From NCBI GenBank assembly GCA_000999095.1, contig LCFP01000007.1:5013-69012 (forward strand): DNA of 64,000 nt, given 5' to 3'. The notes beneath the pieces were generated by a model, which did not search any database, had not been told where the DNA came from, and worked only from the letters and a program-made list of their open reading frames with translations. The position numbers and the translations under genes are program-made. The stretch comes from Candidatus Gottesmanbacteria bacterium GW2011_GWA2_43_14. GTDB taxonomy: Bacteria > Patescibacteriota > Microgenomatia > 2-02-FULL-39-11. Positions 10,024 to 19,515 of this stretch are shown here, in pieces. The first letter of the stretch is position 1; each line of letters begins with the position of its first letter.

Positions 10024-10575
10024 CTAAAGAATATTCACGTCCAACTGGTCAATTCGTTTCGGATCGAGAATATTGATGCCGTTGGTGGCCACGATCGTTT
10101 TTGTCCGGTCAAAGTTAATTTCGGTTTTGCCTTTATTTTCGGTGGCCTGGAATACGATTTCAGCTACGGTTTCTTTGCCCTTTGGCAATATAATTTCTTT
10201 GCCGTCAAAGGTGGCCACTCCGGAAACCTTCACATAGCCGCTGCCGCTGACGTTGATAGGGTAATTGGCGAAAAAATTACCGGTTGAAACTGAAGTGACT
10301 TTCAGGTATTTCGGGTCGAATGCCACTACAAAGTCAGCCGCGGCCACTTCGGTTTTACCGGAATCAAGAATCAAGGTAACTTTGAAATCTTCCCCGGCCG
10401 GGATCCGGCTGTTTTCGGCAAGGAGATCCAGTTTGGCTTCCTGTTTGATTTCACCTTCCTTCGGCGCTCTTTTTTGCTGGATGATATAAGCAGCCAGAAG
10501 GCCGATTATAAAAAAAAGTGTAAGGATGAATAATTTGCTGGCAGATTTTCCGGTTGAAACTGGTTTTTCCTCCAT
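10024..10575 (-). CDS. Membrane-anchored cohesin-like domain protein (183 aa), paralog of 6953-7450.
   Basis: It has an N-terminal TM segment (LFILTLFFIIGLLAAYII) and an FVVAFDPKYLKVTSV motif. It is the first gene of the minus-strand cluster. Confidence 0.55.
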   Translation of the reverse strand: MEEKPVSTGKSASKLFILTLFFIIGLLAAYIIQQKRAPKEGEIKQEAKLDLLAENSRIPAGEDFKVTLILDSGKTEVAAADFVVAFDPKYLKVTSVSTGNFFANYPINVSGSGYVKVSGVATFDGKEIILPKGKETVAEIVFQATENKGKTEINFDRTKTIVATNGINILDPKRIDQLDVNIL

Positions 10576-10634
10576 AATTTTAAGTTAGAAGAAAAAGAAG
10601 CGTAAGTCAAGCAATTTTTTGCTATACTGTAAGC

Positions 10635-11207
10635 ATGATTCTCTCTGATAGGGATATAAAGAAGAATTTGATCACAGGCAAAATTAAAATCAGCCCGCCC
10701 CCGGATCTTACTTTGCAGCTGGGATCATGTTCCGTTGATTTAAGGTTGGGCAAAACATTCCGTATTTTCGAACACAGCAAACAGCCTTATATTGATCCGT
10801 TTAACACCAAATATTCAGCGGACGTGACGAAATTAGTGAATGTAATTGATACGGAACCGTTTATCTTGCATCCCGGTGATTTTGTCCTGGCCACGACAAT
10901 TGAGCATTTTGAGCTTTCTGATGATCTGGTGGCCAGGCTGGAAGGCCGTTCGTCTTTGGGACGTTTGGGGATCGTTGTTCATTCGACAGCCTCGATTTTT
11001 GAGCCGGGCTGGCAGGGACGGGTGGTTATGGAATTGGGCAATCTGGGACGGATGCCGGTAGCCCTTTACCCGGGGATGCGTGTCTGTGCCCTGACTTTCG
11101 AAGAATTATCAAGCCCTGCTGACGTGCCGTACCACAAAAAAAAGGGCGCCAAGTATGTCAATCAGAAGATGCCTGATGCTTCCAAAATCTCAGCCGATAA
11201 AAAGTAA
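10635..11207 (+). CDS. dcd: dCTP deaminase.
   Basis: The product is 190 aa with conserved ...ILHPGDFVLATTIE...GRSSLGRLGI...EPGWQGRVVMEL..., matching full-length Dcd. Confidence 0.85.
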   Translation: MILSDRDIKKNLITGKIKISPPPDLTLQLGSCSVDLRLGKTFRIFEHSKQPYIDPFNTKYSADVTKLVNVIDTEPFILHPGDFVLATTIEHFELSDDLVARLEGRSSLGRLGIVVHSTASIFEPGWQGRVVMELGNLGRMPVALYPGMRVCALTFEELSSPADVPYHKKKGAKYVNQKMPDASKISADKK

Positions 11208-11247
11208 TTTTCTTTCGCCCTCCTATACCTTTATAATATATATCCTT

Positions 11248-12441
11248 ATGAATTTAGCTTACCGGATGCGTCCCCGCAATTTTTCGGAATTTGTCGGCCA
11301 GCTTCATCTGGCCGGTCCCGAGGGAATCCTGCGTAAAACGGTAGCCTCCGGCAACCTTTTCTCCATGATTTTCTGGGGACCTCCAGGGAGCGGCAAGACA
11401 ACACTGGCCGGTCTGATTGCCGCAGAATCCGCAGCGGATTTCATACATTTGTCTGCCGTTGAGAGTGGCAAGGACGATTTAAGGAAATCCCTGGAAAAAG
11501 CCAGGCTCAATCAAAATTATGGCAAAAAGACCATTCTTTTCATTGATGAAATCCACCATTGGAACAAAGCCCAGCAGGACGGGCTCTTGCCTTATGTCGA
11601 GTCGGGCTTGTTAATCCTCATCGGTGCCACCACGGAAAACCCCTCTTTTGAGGTAATCAGCCCGCTTCTGTCCCGCTGCCGGGTTTTTGTTTTGAATCAA
11701 TTGGACCGTTCTGATTTGGAAAAAATTATTAAAAGGGCACTAACCGATAAAGATAGGGGTTTGGGCAAAGCCAAGATTTCCCTGGGTGTGGAAGAAAAAA
11801 AATTATTGATCAGTTTATCCGGAGGTGATGCCCGGGTAATGCTGATTGCATTGGAGATAGCCTCTCAGACTTCCGGAAAAATCAGCCGGGAAACGATAGA
11901 GGATGTTTTTCAGAAAAAATCTGCAGGACTATACGATAAGAAAGGCGAAGAACACTACAATATTATTTCCGCCTTTATCAAATCCGTCCGTGGCTCAGAT
12001 CCCGATGCCGCTTTATTTTATTTGGCCAAAATGCTGGAGGGCGGTGAGGATCCCAAGTTTATTGCCAGACGGATGATAATTCTGGCCTCAGAAGATATCG
12101 GACTGGCTGACCGGGGTGCTTTAATCCAGGCCAATGCCGCCTTTGAGGCGGTGACAAAGATCGGTATGCCGGAAGCACAACTGATTTTGGCACACATCGT
12201 TATTTATCTGGCTAAAGCTCCTAAATCCAGGTTGGTACCCAATGCTTTGGGCAGGGCTAAGCAGGCAGTCTATGAATTCCCAGAGGAAACCGTGCCTTTG
12301 CATCTCAGGAATGCCCCGACCAAACTCATGAAGGAATTGGGATACGCCAAAGACTACAAATGGAGCGAAAAGTATGTCGGCCCCCAAAAAGGCAAATCAT
12401 TTTTGCCTGAAAAACTTAAAGGCAGGAAATTCGTGGAATGA
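11248..12441 (+). CDS. rarA: Replication-associated recombination protein A (RarA/MgsA AAA+ ATPase).
   Basis: [53 protein letters not shown] and [14 protein letters not shown] all align to E. coli RarA. The ORF track starts at 11155, which overlaps dcd, so the ATG at 11248 is preferred. Confidence 0.85.
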   Translation: MNLAYRMRPRNFSEFVGQLHLAGPEGILRKTVASGNLFSMIFWGPPGSGKTTLAGLIAAESAADFIHLSAVESGKDDLRKSLEKARLNQNYGKKTILFIDEIHHWNKAQQDGLLPYVESGLLILIGATTENPSFEVISPLLSRCRVFVLNQLDRSDLEKIIKRALTDKDRGLGKAKISLGVEEKKLLISLSGGDARVMLIALEIASQTSGKISRETIEDVFQKKSAGLYDKKGEEHYNIISAFIKSVRGSDPDAALFYLAKMLEGGEDPKFIARRMIILASEDIGLADRGALIQANAAFEAVTKIGMPEAQLILAHIVIYLAKAPKSRLVPNALGRAKQAVYEFPEETVPLHLRNAPTKLMKELGYAKDYKWSEKYVGPQKGKSFLPEKLKGRKFVE

Positions 12442-12950
12442 CCACTTTCAAATTTTGTCCCGTCTGCCGGAGTGAATTGCGCTTTGCCGAAAAAGGGAAA
12501 GCCTCATATTGCCGTACATGCGGTTTTCATTATTACCATAACCCGGCTCCGGCCGTTGCCGCTGTTATCGAAAACAAAAAGCGGGAAATACTCCTGGTCG
12601 GGCGGAAATTCGAGCCGCAAAAGAATTTCTGGGATTTGCCCGGAGGTTTTGTCGACAATGATGAAAATTTGGAGGAGGGGATGGTCAGGGAAATCAGGGA
12701 GGAATTGGGAACGGATATTACCGGTATTAAATATATCGGTTCGGTCCCCGACGACTACCTTTATAAAGGTTACAGATACAAAGTTGTCACCGCCTTTTAT
12801 GCCGGCGAACTTGCCGGGAAAATTAAAGTCGCAGATGACGTTTCCTCTTTCGCCTGGTTTGTGGCGGGCAGTCTGCCGTTTCCCCGGATTGCCTTTAAGG
12901 GCACCAAAGCCATCCTGAAAAAATATACGGCCTCCTGGATTTCCCCTTGA
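12438..12950 (+). CDS. NUDIX hydrolase with an N-terminal zinc-ribbon (NudC-like).
   Basis: A CPVC...CRTC ribbon is followed by a Nudix box GGFVDNDENLEEGMVREIREELG. It overlaps rarA by 4 bp (ATGA). Confidence 0.75.
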   Translation: MTTFKFCPVCRSELRFAEKGKASYCRTCGFHYYHNPAPAVAAVIENKKREILLVGRKFEPQKNFWDLPGGFVDNDENLEEGMVREIREELGTDITGIKYIGSVPDDYLYKGYRYKVVTAFYAGELAGKIKVADDVSSFAWFVAGSLPFPRIAFKGTKAILKKYTASWISP

Positions 12951-12990
12951 CTGGGAATGTTAGCGGTAATACTCTTTTAATGAACCTAAT

Positions 12991-13617
12991 ATGGTTAAGC
13001 AAAAAAGCCTGTTTATTGTTTTTGAAGGACTTGAAGGCAGCGGCAAATCAACTCAGGCAGGACTTTTGGCCAGCCGGCTTATGGAAGCCGGTTATGACAT
13101 AAAAGCGACCAGGGAGCCCGGCGGCACCAGGATTGGGGAGCTGATCCGTCAGATTACCCATTCCAGGGACAATGTGGATCTGACAGCTGTTGCAGAAGGT
13201 TATTTAATGGCCGCTTCCCGTGCCCAGCATATCAGGGAGATTATCAGGCCTGCCTTAAGCGGGGGGAAAATAGTCATCTGCGACCGTTTTCTTGATTCAA
13301 GTCTGGCTTATCAGGGATACGGCCGGGAATTGGGGGAGGAGAAAATGGCGGAATTAAATAAATTAGCCCTGGATGGGATCAAACCCGATCTGGTAATTTT
13401 TTTGGACCTACAACCCGATCTCGGTTTCAGCCGCAGGAACGGCAGCGGTAAAATTGACAGGCTTGATTTGCAGCAAAGCGATTTTTACGCCAGGGTATAC
13501 CGGGGATATAAAAAGCTGGCCGAGAAAAACAGGGATAAATACTTTATTGTCGACAGTTCAAAACCGGTTGAGGAAGCGGCCGCAATTATCTGGAAAAAAG
13601 TAAAATCATTGTTATAA
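12991..13617 (+). CDS. tmk: Thymidylate kinase.
   Basis: P-loop FEGLEGSGKST, REPGGT, and a DRF..S lid region. Confidence 0.85.
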   Translation: MVKQKSLFIVFEGLEGSGKSTQAGLLASRLMEAGYDIKATREPGGTRIGELIRQITHSRDNVDLTAVAEGYLMAASRAQHIREIIRPALSGGKIVICDRFLDSSLAYQGYGRELGEEKMAELNKLALDGIKPDLVIFLDLQPDLGFSRRNGSGKIDRLDLQQSDFYARVYRGYKKLAEKNRDKYFIVDSSKPVEEAAAIIWKKVKSLL

Positions 13618-13621
13618 GCTG

Positions 13622-14719
13622 ATGCCCCCAGGAACAAAATGGTTATATCTGTCAGTAATGGCAGTCTGCCTGGTTTTTATACTGGAAATGTTTTTCCGCT
13701 TTCTTTTTTTCAGGACTTCTTTCCTGGATAAAAACTATGTTTTAAGCGACACTTGGTGGAAATTAAACTGGATGCGCTGGCAGGGGAGTGATCCGGATAA
13801 ACCTTTCTTTCCGGCAGGAGAGGCCAACTATCAGCCGGACAGGGAATTAGGTTGGAATTTGAAGGCCAATTTAAAAAATCACCGGACGGGAGAAGACACT
13901 TTACTTTCGACTAATTCCAGGGGGGTAAGAGGCAGCAGGGAATATCCGTTAGAGAGAAGCGGCGACACCGACAGGTTTGTTGTATTGGGAGATTCTTTTA
14001 CCTTCGGTGATGAAGTCTCGGATCAGGAGACCTATTCTGCCTTATTGGAAAACCGGGAGCAAAACAGGGAGGTTGTCAATTTGGGGATAATCGGATATGC
14101 GCATGACCAGATGCTTTTAAAACTGAAGACAGAAGGTGTTGCCTACAAGCCCGATCTGCTGATTTTGGGATTTTTAGGAATGGATATGGAGAGGAATATG
14201 CTTTCTTTCAAAGATTACCTCAAACCGTCATTTGAGTTAAAAGACGGACAGTTAATGCCAAAATACAGCGATATTCCCGGGGAAAAAGTGTTTTTACGGC
14301 GGGAAAAGTTCAAGCCGAAAACATTTGATTTTATTTCATTGATTGGGGGCAGGTTTTTTTCCGGAGATAGGACTTTGGAAACAGACAGGCTTACTGCCGC
14401 TTTGCTTGATGAAATTTTAAAAACCGCCGCAGGCATAAGATCGGATACGCTATTGGTATATCTGCCCGCAGGCCCGGAAATAAGCGGAGACGAGGCTTCT
14501 TTAGGGCAAGATTTTTTCAATCGTTACTGCAGGCAAACTGTTGCCAAAAATCAGTATAATATAAATTGTCTTGATCTGCGCAGCCGTTTCAGGGAAGAAG
14601 CAAAAAAGGGGGTAGTTTTCAGGGGAGGGCAGACAGAAGGCCATTATGACCGGCAGGCGCATGCTCTGGTGGCAGTGGAAATAGATGAATATTTAAAGGG
14701 AAAGGGGGTGTTAAAATGA
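13622..14719 (+). CDS. Membrane-anchored SGNH/GDSL-family hydrolase.
   Basis: An N-terminal TM segment, and FVVLGDSFTFGDEV (GDS block I). Confidence 0.55.
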   Translation: MPPGTKWLYLSVMAVCLVFILEMFFRFLFFRTSFLDKNYVLSDTWWKLNWMRWQGSDPDKPFFPAGEANYQPDRELGWNLKANLKNHRTGEDTLLSTNSRGVRGSREYPLERSGDTDRFVVLGDSFTFGDEVSDQETYSALLENREQNREVVNLGIIGYAHDQMLLKLKTEGVAYKPDLLILGFLGMDMERNMLSFKDYLKPSFELKDGQLMPKYSDIPGEKVFLRREKFKPKTFDFISLIGGRFFSGDRTLETDRLTAALLDEILKTAAGIRSDTLLVYLPAGPEISGDEASLGQDFFNRYCRQTVAKNQYNINCLDLRSRFREEAKKGVVFRGGQTEGHYDRQAHALVAVEIDEYLKGKGVLK

Positions 14720-15270
14720 ACAAATTATTATTGGGCATAATCGGAGTGGTAGTTCTTTTGGGGGCCATGTTTTTCGGGACCTACAATAATCTGGTTACCC
14801 AAACCACCAAAATAGACGGCCAGTGGGCTCAGGTTGAGACTCAGTATCAAAGAAGGTTTGATCTTATTCCCAATCTGGTTGCCTCAACCAAAGGATTTCT
14901 GGATCAGGAACAGGAAGTGTTCGGACAAATTGCCGAGGCCAGGACCAGGTATTCGGGAGCTTCTACTGTCGAAGAAAAAGTGGAATCAGCCAACCAGGTT
15001 GAATCGGCTTTGGGACGGTTGTTGGTGATTGTGGAAAATTATCCTCAGTTGAAATCCAATGAAACAGTTGCCAGGCTTATGGATGAATTGGCCGGCACCG
15101 AAAACCGGATCAGCGTCGAGCGCGGCCGCTTCAATGAAATGGTCAGGGATTATAATGTGAGCGTTAAAAGGATGCCGACAGCCCTCATTGCCGGACTTTT
15201 CGGTTTCCATGAGAGGCCGTATTTCCAAGCCGCCACCGGCGCGGAAACACCGCCGGAGGTTGAGTTATAA
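14716..15270 (+). CDS. lemA: LemA family protein.
   Basis: An N-terminal TM segment followed by a typical LemA core (...FDLIPNLV...RYSG...YPQLKSNE...). Confidence 0.8.
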   Translation: MNKLLLGIIGVVVLLGAMFFGTYNNLVTQTTKIDGQWAQVETQYQRRFDLIPNLVASTKGFLDQEQEVFGQIAEARTRYSGASTVEEKVESANQVESALGRLLVIVENYPQLKSNETVARLMDELAGTENRISVERGRFNEMVRDYNVSVKRMPTALIAGLFGFHERPYFQAATGAETPPEVEL

Positions 15271-15271
15271 A

Positions 15272-16156
15272 ATGTCCCGGTTCTGGGGTGCAATCAGTGC
15301 ATGTTTGTTTTTTCTGCTTTCAGCAGGAATAATTTTTGCGGTCAATTATCCCGATCCGACAGGCTACGTCAATGATTTTGCCGATATTTACGGCAGCGTA
15401 TTTGAAACTGAACTTGAGAAAAGGTTAGATGATTTTGAACAGGCTTCCGGAGTGGAAATTGCCGTGGTCACAGTTGAAAGCCTGGAAGGAGAACCGGTTG
15501 AAAATTATGCCGTAAAACTTTTTGAGAAATGGAAAATCGGCAAGGCCAAAGAAGATAACGGCCTGCTTCTCCTGATTTCCGAAAAAGACAGGGAAGTCAA
15601 GTTTGAAGTGGGTTACGGATTGGAGCCTTATATAACCGACGGCCGGGCAGGTGACATTATCAGAAATGACATGGTCCCTTCATTCAAAACGGAGAAATAC
15701 GAAGAGGGTACGGGAAAAGCAGTGGATCGGTCTATGAAGTACATATCCGACAAGGATATAGCCCCGAAGGAGGAGCCTGCGAAAGATGATGACGGACTGC
15801 CGGTGATCGGTATCATGCTGGGAATTTATTTTCTGGGTACTTATCTGGCCAGTTTCCTCGGCCGGACCAAAGAAATTTGGCCGGGAGGCGCGATCGGCGG
15901 ATTGATAGGAATACTTGCGGGACTTATTATTTCATCCCTGGCAGCGGCGGTTTTTTTCGGCCTTTTCGCCGGTTTGTTCGGACTGTTTCTGGATTTTATC
16001 CTTTCGAAAAATTATAAAGTCCGCAAAAGCAAAGGCCTGCCGACCAATTTCTGGTCTTCAGGCGGAGGGTTCAGGTCTGGCGGGGGAGGCGGCGGTTCTT
16101 TCGGAGGTTTCGGCGGCGGTTCATCCGGCGGCGGAGGTGCTTCCGGCAGGTGGTAA
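15272..16156 (+). CDS. TPM-domain (TLP18.3/YgcG-like) membrane protein with a Gly-rich C-terminal tail.
   Basis: YVNDFADI..., EIAVVTVESLEG and NGLLLLIS are TPM-domain motifs. The LemA-TPM gene pairing is conserved. The preferred start is the ATG at 15272, directly after the lemA stop. Confidence 0.7.
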   Translation: MSRFWGAISACLFFLLSAGIIFAVNYPDPTGYVNDFADIYGSVFETELEKRLDDFEQASGVEIAVVTVESLEGEPVENYAVKLFEKWKIGKAKEDNGLLLLISEKDREVKFEVGYGLEPYITDGRAGDIIRNDMVPSFKTEKYEEGTGKAVDRSMKYISDKDIAPKEEPAKDDDGLPVIGIMLGIYFLGTYLASFLGRTKEIWPGGAIGGLIGILAGLIISSLAAAVFFGLFAGLFGLFLDFILSKNYKVRKSKGLPTNFWSSGGGFRSGGGGGGSFGGFGGGSSGGGGASGRW

Positions 16157-16391
16157 GTAGGCTTTCGGTTCATATAGAATTGGTACGAATATATCGATAT
16201 AAAGAATTTCGATATCCGCTGGAGCACCGGTCAGGGAAATATCAATTCCAGCCGGCGGTCTGCCGGGAAAATCAAAGTGCCATTGATTCTCCACGCTGAA
16301 AATAGCTGTTTCTTTTAAAACCATAGGCGGTATTAAATCAGACAAATATATGCAAAATATAAGAATTCGATGAGATTTTGATATTCCGCTC

Positions 16392-16467
16392 TTGACAAAG
16401 CCGGTACATATCAGTAAAAAATATAAAAGGGAATTGCCCCCCAGAGAATCCGGGGGGGATTTTTTTT
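16392..16467 (+). promoter_or_regulatory. Putative sigma70 promoter and a leader hairpin with an 8-T tract, ending 5 nt upstream of the purA ATG.
   Basis: TTGACA at 16392-16397 and an A/T-rich -10 near 16415-16427. The stem CCCCCC (16437-16442) pairs with GGGGGGG (16452-16458) and is followed by TTTTTTTT (16460-16467). Confidence 0.45.
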
Positions 16468-16472
16468 GGCAG

Positions 16473-17717
16473 ATGAATTTATCTAAAACCACGGTCGTGA
16501 TAGGCTCGCAATGGGGTGATGAGGGCAAAGGCAAGATCGTAGATTTCCTGTCGGCCAAATCGGATTTTATCGTCAGGTTTCACGGCGGAAATAATGCCGG
16601 ACATACGGTCGTAAACAGCCTCGGTACTTTCAAAATGCATCTTATTCCGTGCGGCGTCTTTTACCCGGGTACTAAACTGGTTATTACTCACGGAGTAGTC
16701 ATCGATCCGCTGACACTTATCAAAGAAATTAAGACTTTGGAAAAATCTGGCGTTTCCCTGGAAAATAGGCTTTTCATTTCACCCCGCGCCCACATTATTA
16801 TGCCTTACCACCGTTTGCTTGATTCCCTTTATGAAAAAAATAAGGGAAAAAATAAGACCGGTACGACCGGCCGGGGGATAGGGCCTGTTTATGCCGACAA
16901 AGTAAGTTACATGGGTATTCGCCTGGAAGATCTGGTTTCGCCAGCTGTTTTTAAGGAAAAAATTGCCCTCTATCTGCCTATCAAGAACAAAATCATCAAA
17001 GCTCTCGGCGGCAAACCTCTTTCTTTTTCCAAAATATTGAAGGAATATACCCTTTATGCCCGCGCCCTGAAAAAATACGTCACTGAACCGTATTTCGTTC
17101 TTGCGGAGGCAGCCGGAAAAGGCAAGCGTATTCTTTATGAAGGTGCCCACGGAATTCTGCTTGACAATGATTGGGGGACGTACCCTTTTGTGACAGCTTC
17201 TTCAGTCCTGCCGGATATTTCCGGTAAAAGCTCAGTCATCGGCATTGTCAAAGCCTATTCGACAAGAGTCGGTGAAGGGCCGCTGCCTACCGAACAGGCA
17301 AACGGCATCGGCGAGAAATTAAGAAAAATAGGGGATGAGTACGGTTCAACCACGGGACGCCCGCGGCGATGCGGTTGGTTTGACGCCGCTCTGGTCAGGT
17401 TTGCCGCGAGAGTCGGGGGTTTTACCGGAATTGCCTTGACCAAACTTGATGTTCTCTCGGATTTTAAAACCATAAAAGTGTCAGTCGGTTACCGCGGCAA
17501 CGGCAAAAATCAGGGCATTTCGGGTTTGGATTTGAAAAAAGCCAAACCCGTTTACCGGACTTTTAAAGGATGGGGGAAGTCCCTTGATAATATTACTTCA
17601 TACAAAAACCTGCCAACTGAAGCGAAAAAATACATAGAATTTATTGAAAGTTTTGTTCAAGTTCCGGTCAAATACATATCAACCGGGCCATCCAGGTCCG
17701 CCTTAATAAATCGATGA
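16473..17717 (+). CDS. purA: Adenylosuccinate synthetase.
   Basis: GSQWGDEGKGK, GHTV, GIGPVYADK and TTGRPRRCGW. The real start is the ATG at 16473 (MNLSKTTVVIG...). Confidence 0.9.
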   Translation: MNLSKTTVVIGSQWGDEGKGKIVDFLSAKSDFIVRFHGGNNAGHTVVNSLGTFKMHLIPCGVFYPGTKLVITHGVVIDPLTLIKEIKTLEKSGVSLENRLFISPRAHIIMPYHRLLDSLYEKNKGKNKTGTTGRGIGPVYADKVSYMGIRLEDLVSPAVFKEKIALYLPIKNKIIKALGGKPLSFSKILKEYTLYARALKKYVTEPYFVLAEAAGKGKRILYEGAHGILLDNDWGTYPFVTASSVLPDISGKSSVIGIVKAYSTRVGEGPLPTEQANGIGEKLRKIGDEYGSTTGRPRRCGWFDAALVRFAARVGGFTGIALTKLDVLSDFKTIKVSVGYRGNGKNQGISGLDLKKAKPVYRTFKGWGKSLDNITSYKNLPTEAKKYIEFIESFVQVPVKYISTGPSRSALINR

Positions 17718-18799
17718 TCAGAACAATCAGACTGGCATTAACTTATGATGATGTTCTTTTGGTGCCCAAACGTTCTTCTTTAAGGTCGCGCAAAGACGTT
17801 GATACTTCCACTTTTCTGACAAGGGAAATAGAATTGAAAATTCCCGTTGTCTCCGCCAACATGGACACGGTGACGGAAGTGCAGATGGCGGTCTCCATGG
17901 CAACATTGGGGGGCATAGGCTTTATCCACCGTTTTTTAACCGTAAACGAGCAGGCCAACCAGATAGCCAAAGTGAAAAAAGCGAAAGTCAGCGATAAAAA
18001 TTTGCGGGCGACGGTTGGCAAGAACGGTAAACTGGCGGTTGGTGCTGCCGTCGGGGTCAAACCCGATGCCCTTGACCGGGCAAAGGCAGCGATTAGCGCC
18101 GGTTGCGATGCTTTGGTCTTGGATATCGCCCACGCTCATGCTGATTCCGCCCTTGAAATCCTGGCTAAATTGAAAAAAAATTTCCCCAAAATCCCGGTAG
18201 TCGCCGGCAATGTGGCAACAGCCGAGGGCACCCGCGACTTAATTAAAGCCGGGGCTGACTGTATAAAAGTCGGCATTGGTCCCGGATCGATGTGCACCAC
18301 CAGGATTATTGCCGGGGCAGGCATACCGCAACTTACGGCTGTTATGGATTGCAGCAAAGTGGCACGTCCTTTGAAAATTCCGATAATCGCCGACGGCGGC
18401 ATCCGCATTCCGTCTGATCTGTCAAAAGCCATCGGAGCCGGAGCCTCGACTGTCATGATCGGCGGTCTTTTTGCCGGCACGACGGAAAGTCCGGGCATGA
18501 CGGTCAACCGTCAGGGCAAGAAATATAAAATATCCCGCGGCATGGCCTCGGTCGGTGCCAATACAGAGAGGATGGAAATGGAAGAACTGCATGAGTATGT
18601 GGCCGAAGGGGTCGAAGCCTTCGTGCCTTTCAGGGGGGAAGTCGAAGAGGTTGTCTCCCATTTGATCGGAGGTTTAAGGTCGGGCATGAGCTATTCCGGC
18701 GCCAGAAATATCAGGGAATTCTGGAAGAAAGCCGAGTTTATCCGCATAACTCCCGCCGGCCGCCAGGAAAGCCTGCCCCATGACGTGGAATTAATGTAA
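17714..18799 (+). CDS. IMP dehydrogenase / GMP reductase family enzyme without CBS domains (361 aa).
   Basis: Catalytic loop GIGPGSMCTTR and a TIM-barrel. It overlaps purA by 4 bp. Its size fits GuaC or a CBS-less GuaB. Confidence 0.75.
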   Translation: MIRTIRLALTYDDVLLVPKRSSLRSRKDVDTSTFLTREIELKIPVVSANMDTVTEVQMAVSMATLGGIGFIHRFLTVNEQANQIAKVKKAKVSDKNLRATVGKNGKLAVGAAVGVKPDALDRAKAAISAGCDALVLDIAHAHADSALEILAKLKKNFPKIPVVAGNVATAEGTRDLIKAGADCIKVGIGPGSMCTTRIIAGAGIPQLTAVMDCSKVARPLKIPIIADGGIRIPSDLSKAIGAGASTVMIGGLFAGTTESPGMTVNRQGKKYKISRGMASVGANTERMEMEELHEYVAEGVEAFVPFRGEVEEVVSHLIGGLRSGMSYSGARNIREFWKKAEFIRITPAGRQESLPHDVELM

Positions 18800-18819
18800 T
18801 TTTTTATTATTATATATTC

Positions 18820-18860
18820 TTGACATATTTAATGTAAATGTTAAAATTTAATGTAAATGA
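18820..18860 (+). promoter_or_regulatory. Promoter with a direct-repeat operator for the vapBC module.
   Basis: TTGACA at 18820-18825 and TAAAAT at 18842-18847. Direct repeats TTTAATGTAAATG at 18828-18840 and 18848-18860 overlap the promoter. Confidence 0.45.
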
Positions 18861-19108
18861 TTCACTACGTTACCATTACTTCCCAGGGACAAATTACCAT
18901 ACCCGCAAAACTCAGACGCAAATTTAATTTCGGGAAAAATAAAAAAGCGATTGTTTCCTATACTGAAAATGGAATTTTGGTTGAACCGGTAAAGGATATC
19001 TTGGAGTTTGAAGGGATCTTTAAGACTGATAAAAAAATTCCTTTTAAAAAAGCCAGGAAGGCATTCGTCGAGTATTTGGCTAGCAGAAGTTCGAGAATTA
19101 GTAAATGA
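18857..19108 (+). CDS. vapB: AbrB/MazE-type antitoxin (VapB-like).
   Basis: VTITSQGQITIPAKLRRKF is a swapped-hairpin barrel motif. It is coupled to the downstream PIN gene through an ATGA overlap. Confidence 0.7.
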   Translation: MIHYVTITSQGQITIPAKLRRKFNFGKNKKAIVSYTENGILVEPVKDILEFEGIFKTDKKIPFKKARKAFVEYLASRSSRISK

Positions 19109-19491
19109 AGCAATATTTGATAGACACGAACTATCTTCTAAGATTTCTGCTATCAGATGTACCTCAACAAACAAAAATCGTCAGACAGTATTTTATACAG
19201 GCAAAACTTGGCGAAACTGAAATAACCATTCCTTATTTGGCAATAATTGAATTGGATTTTAATTTAAGCAAGCTATATAGATTTTCCAAAACGGAAGTCG
19301 TAGAAAAATTATTTACCCTAATTTCAATTCCATATTTAAACTTTGAGAAGAGAGAATTATTGATAAAAGCTATCCCATTATATAGACAGGTAAATTTTGA
19401 CCTTGTTGATATTTTATTCTTCTGTGAAGCCAAATTGACGGGAAAAGAGCTCCTTACTTTTGACCGCAAGTTGAAAAAGCTGAAAGATTAA
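19105..19491 (+). CDS. vapC: PIN-domain toxin (VapC-like).
   Basis: YLIDTNYLLRFLL is the N-terminal PIN motif. The product is 128 aa. Confidence 0.65.
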   Translation: MKQYLIDTNYLLRFLLSDVPQQTKIVRQYFIQAKLGETEITIPYLAIIELDFNLSKLYRFSKTEVVEKLFTLISIPYLNFEKRELLIKAIPLYRQVNFDLVDILFFCEAKLTGKELLTFDRKLKKLKD

Positions 19492-19515
19492 GAAGAAATG
19501 GTCCTGCCTAACGCT

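Noticed and set aside
16012-16558. Minus-strand ORFs of 71 and 145 aa in the TPM/purA intergenic region.
   Set aside because: They overlap the Gly-rich tail of the TPM gene and the purA promoter/leader. A poly-Pro translation from the GGn-rich antisense strand is a compositional artefact.
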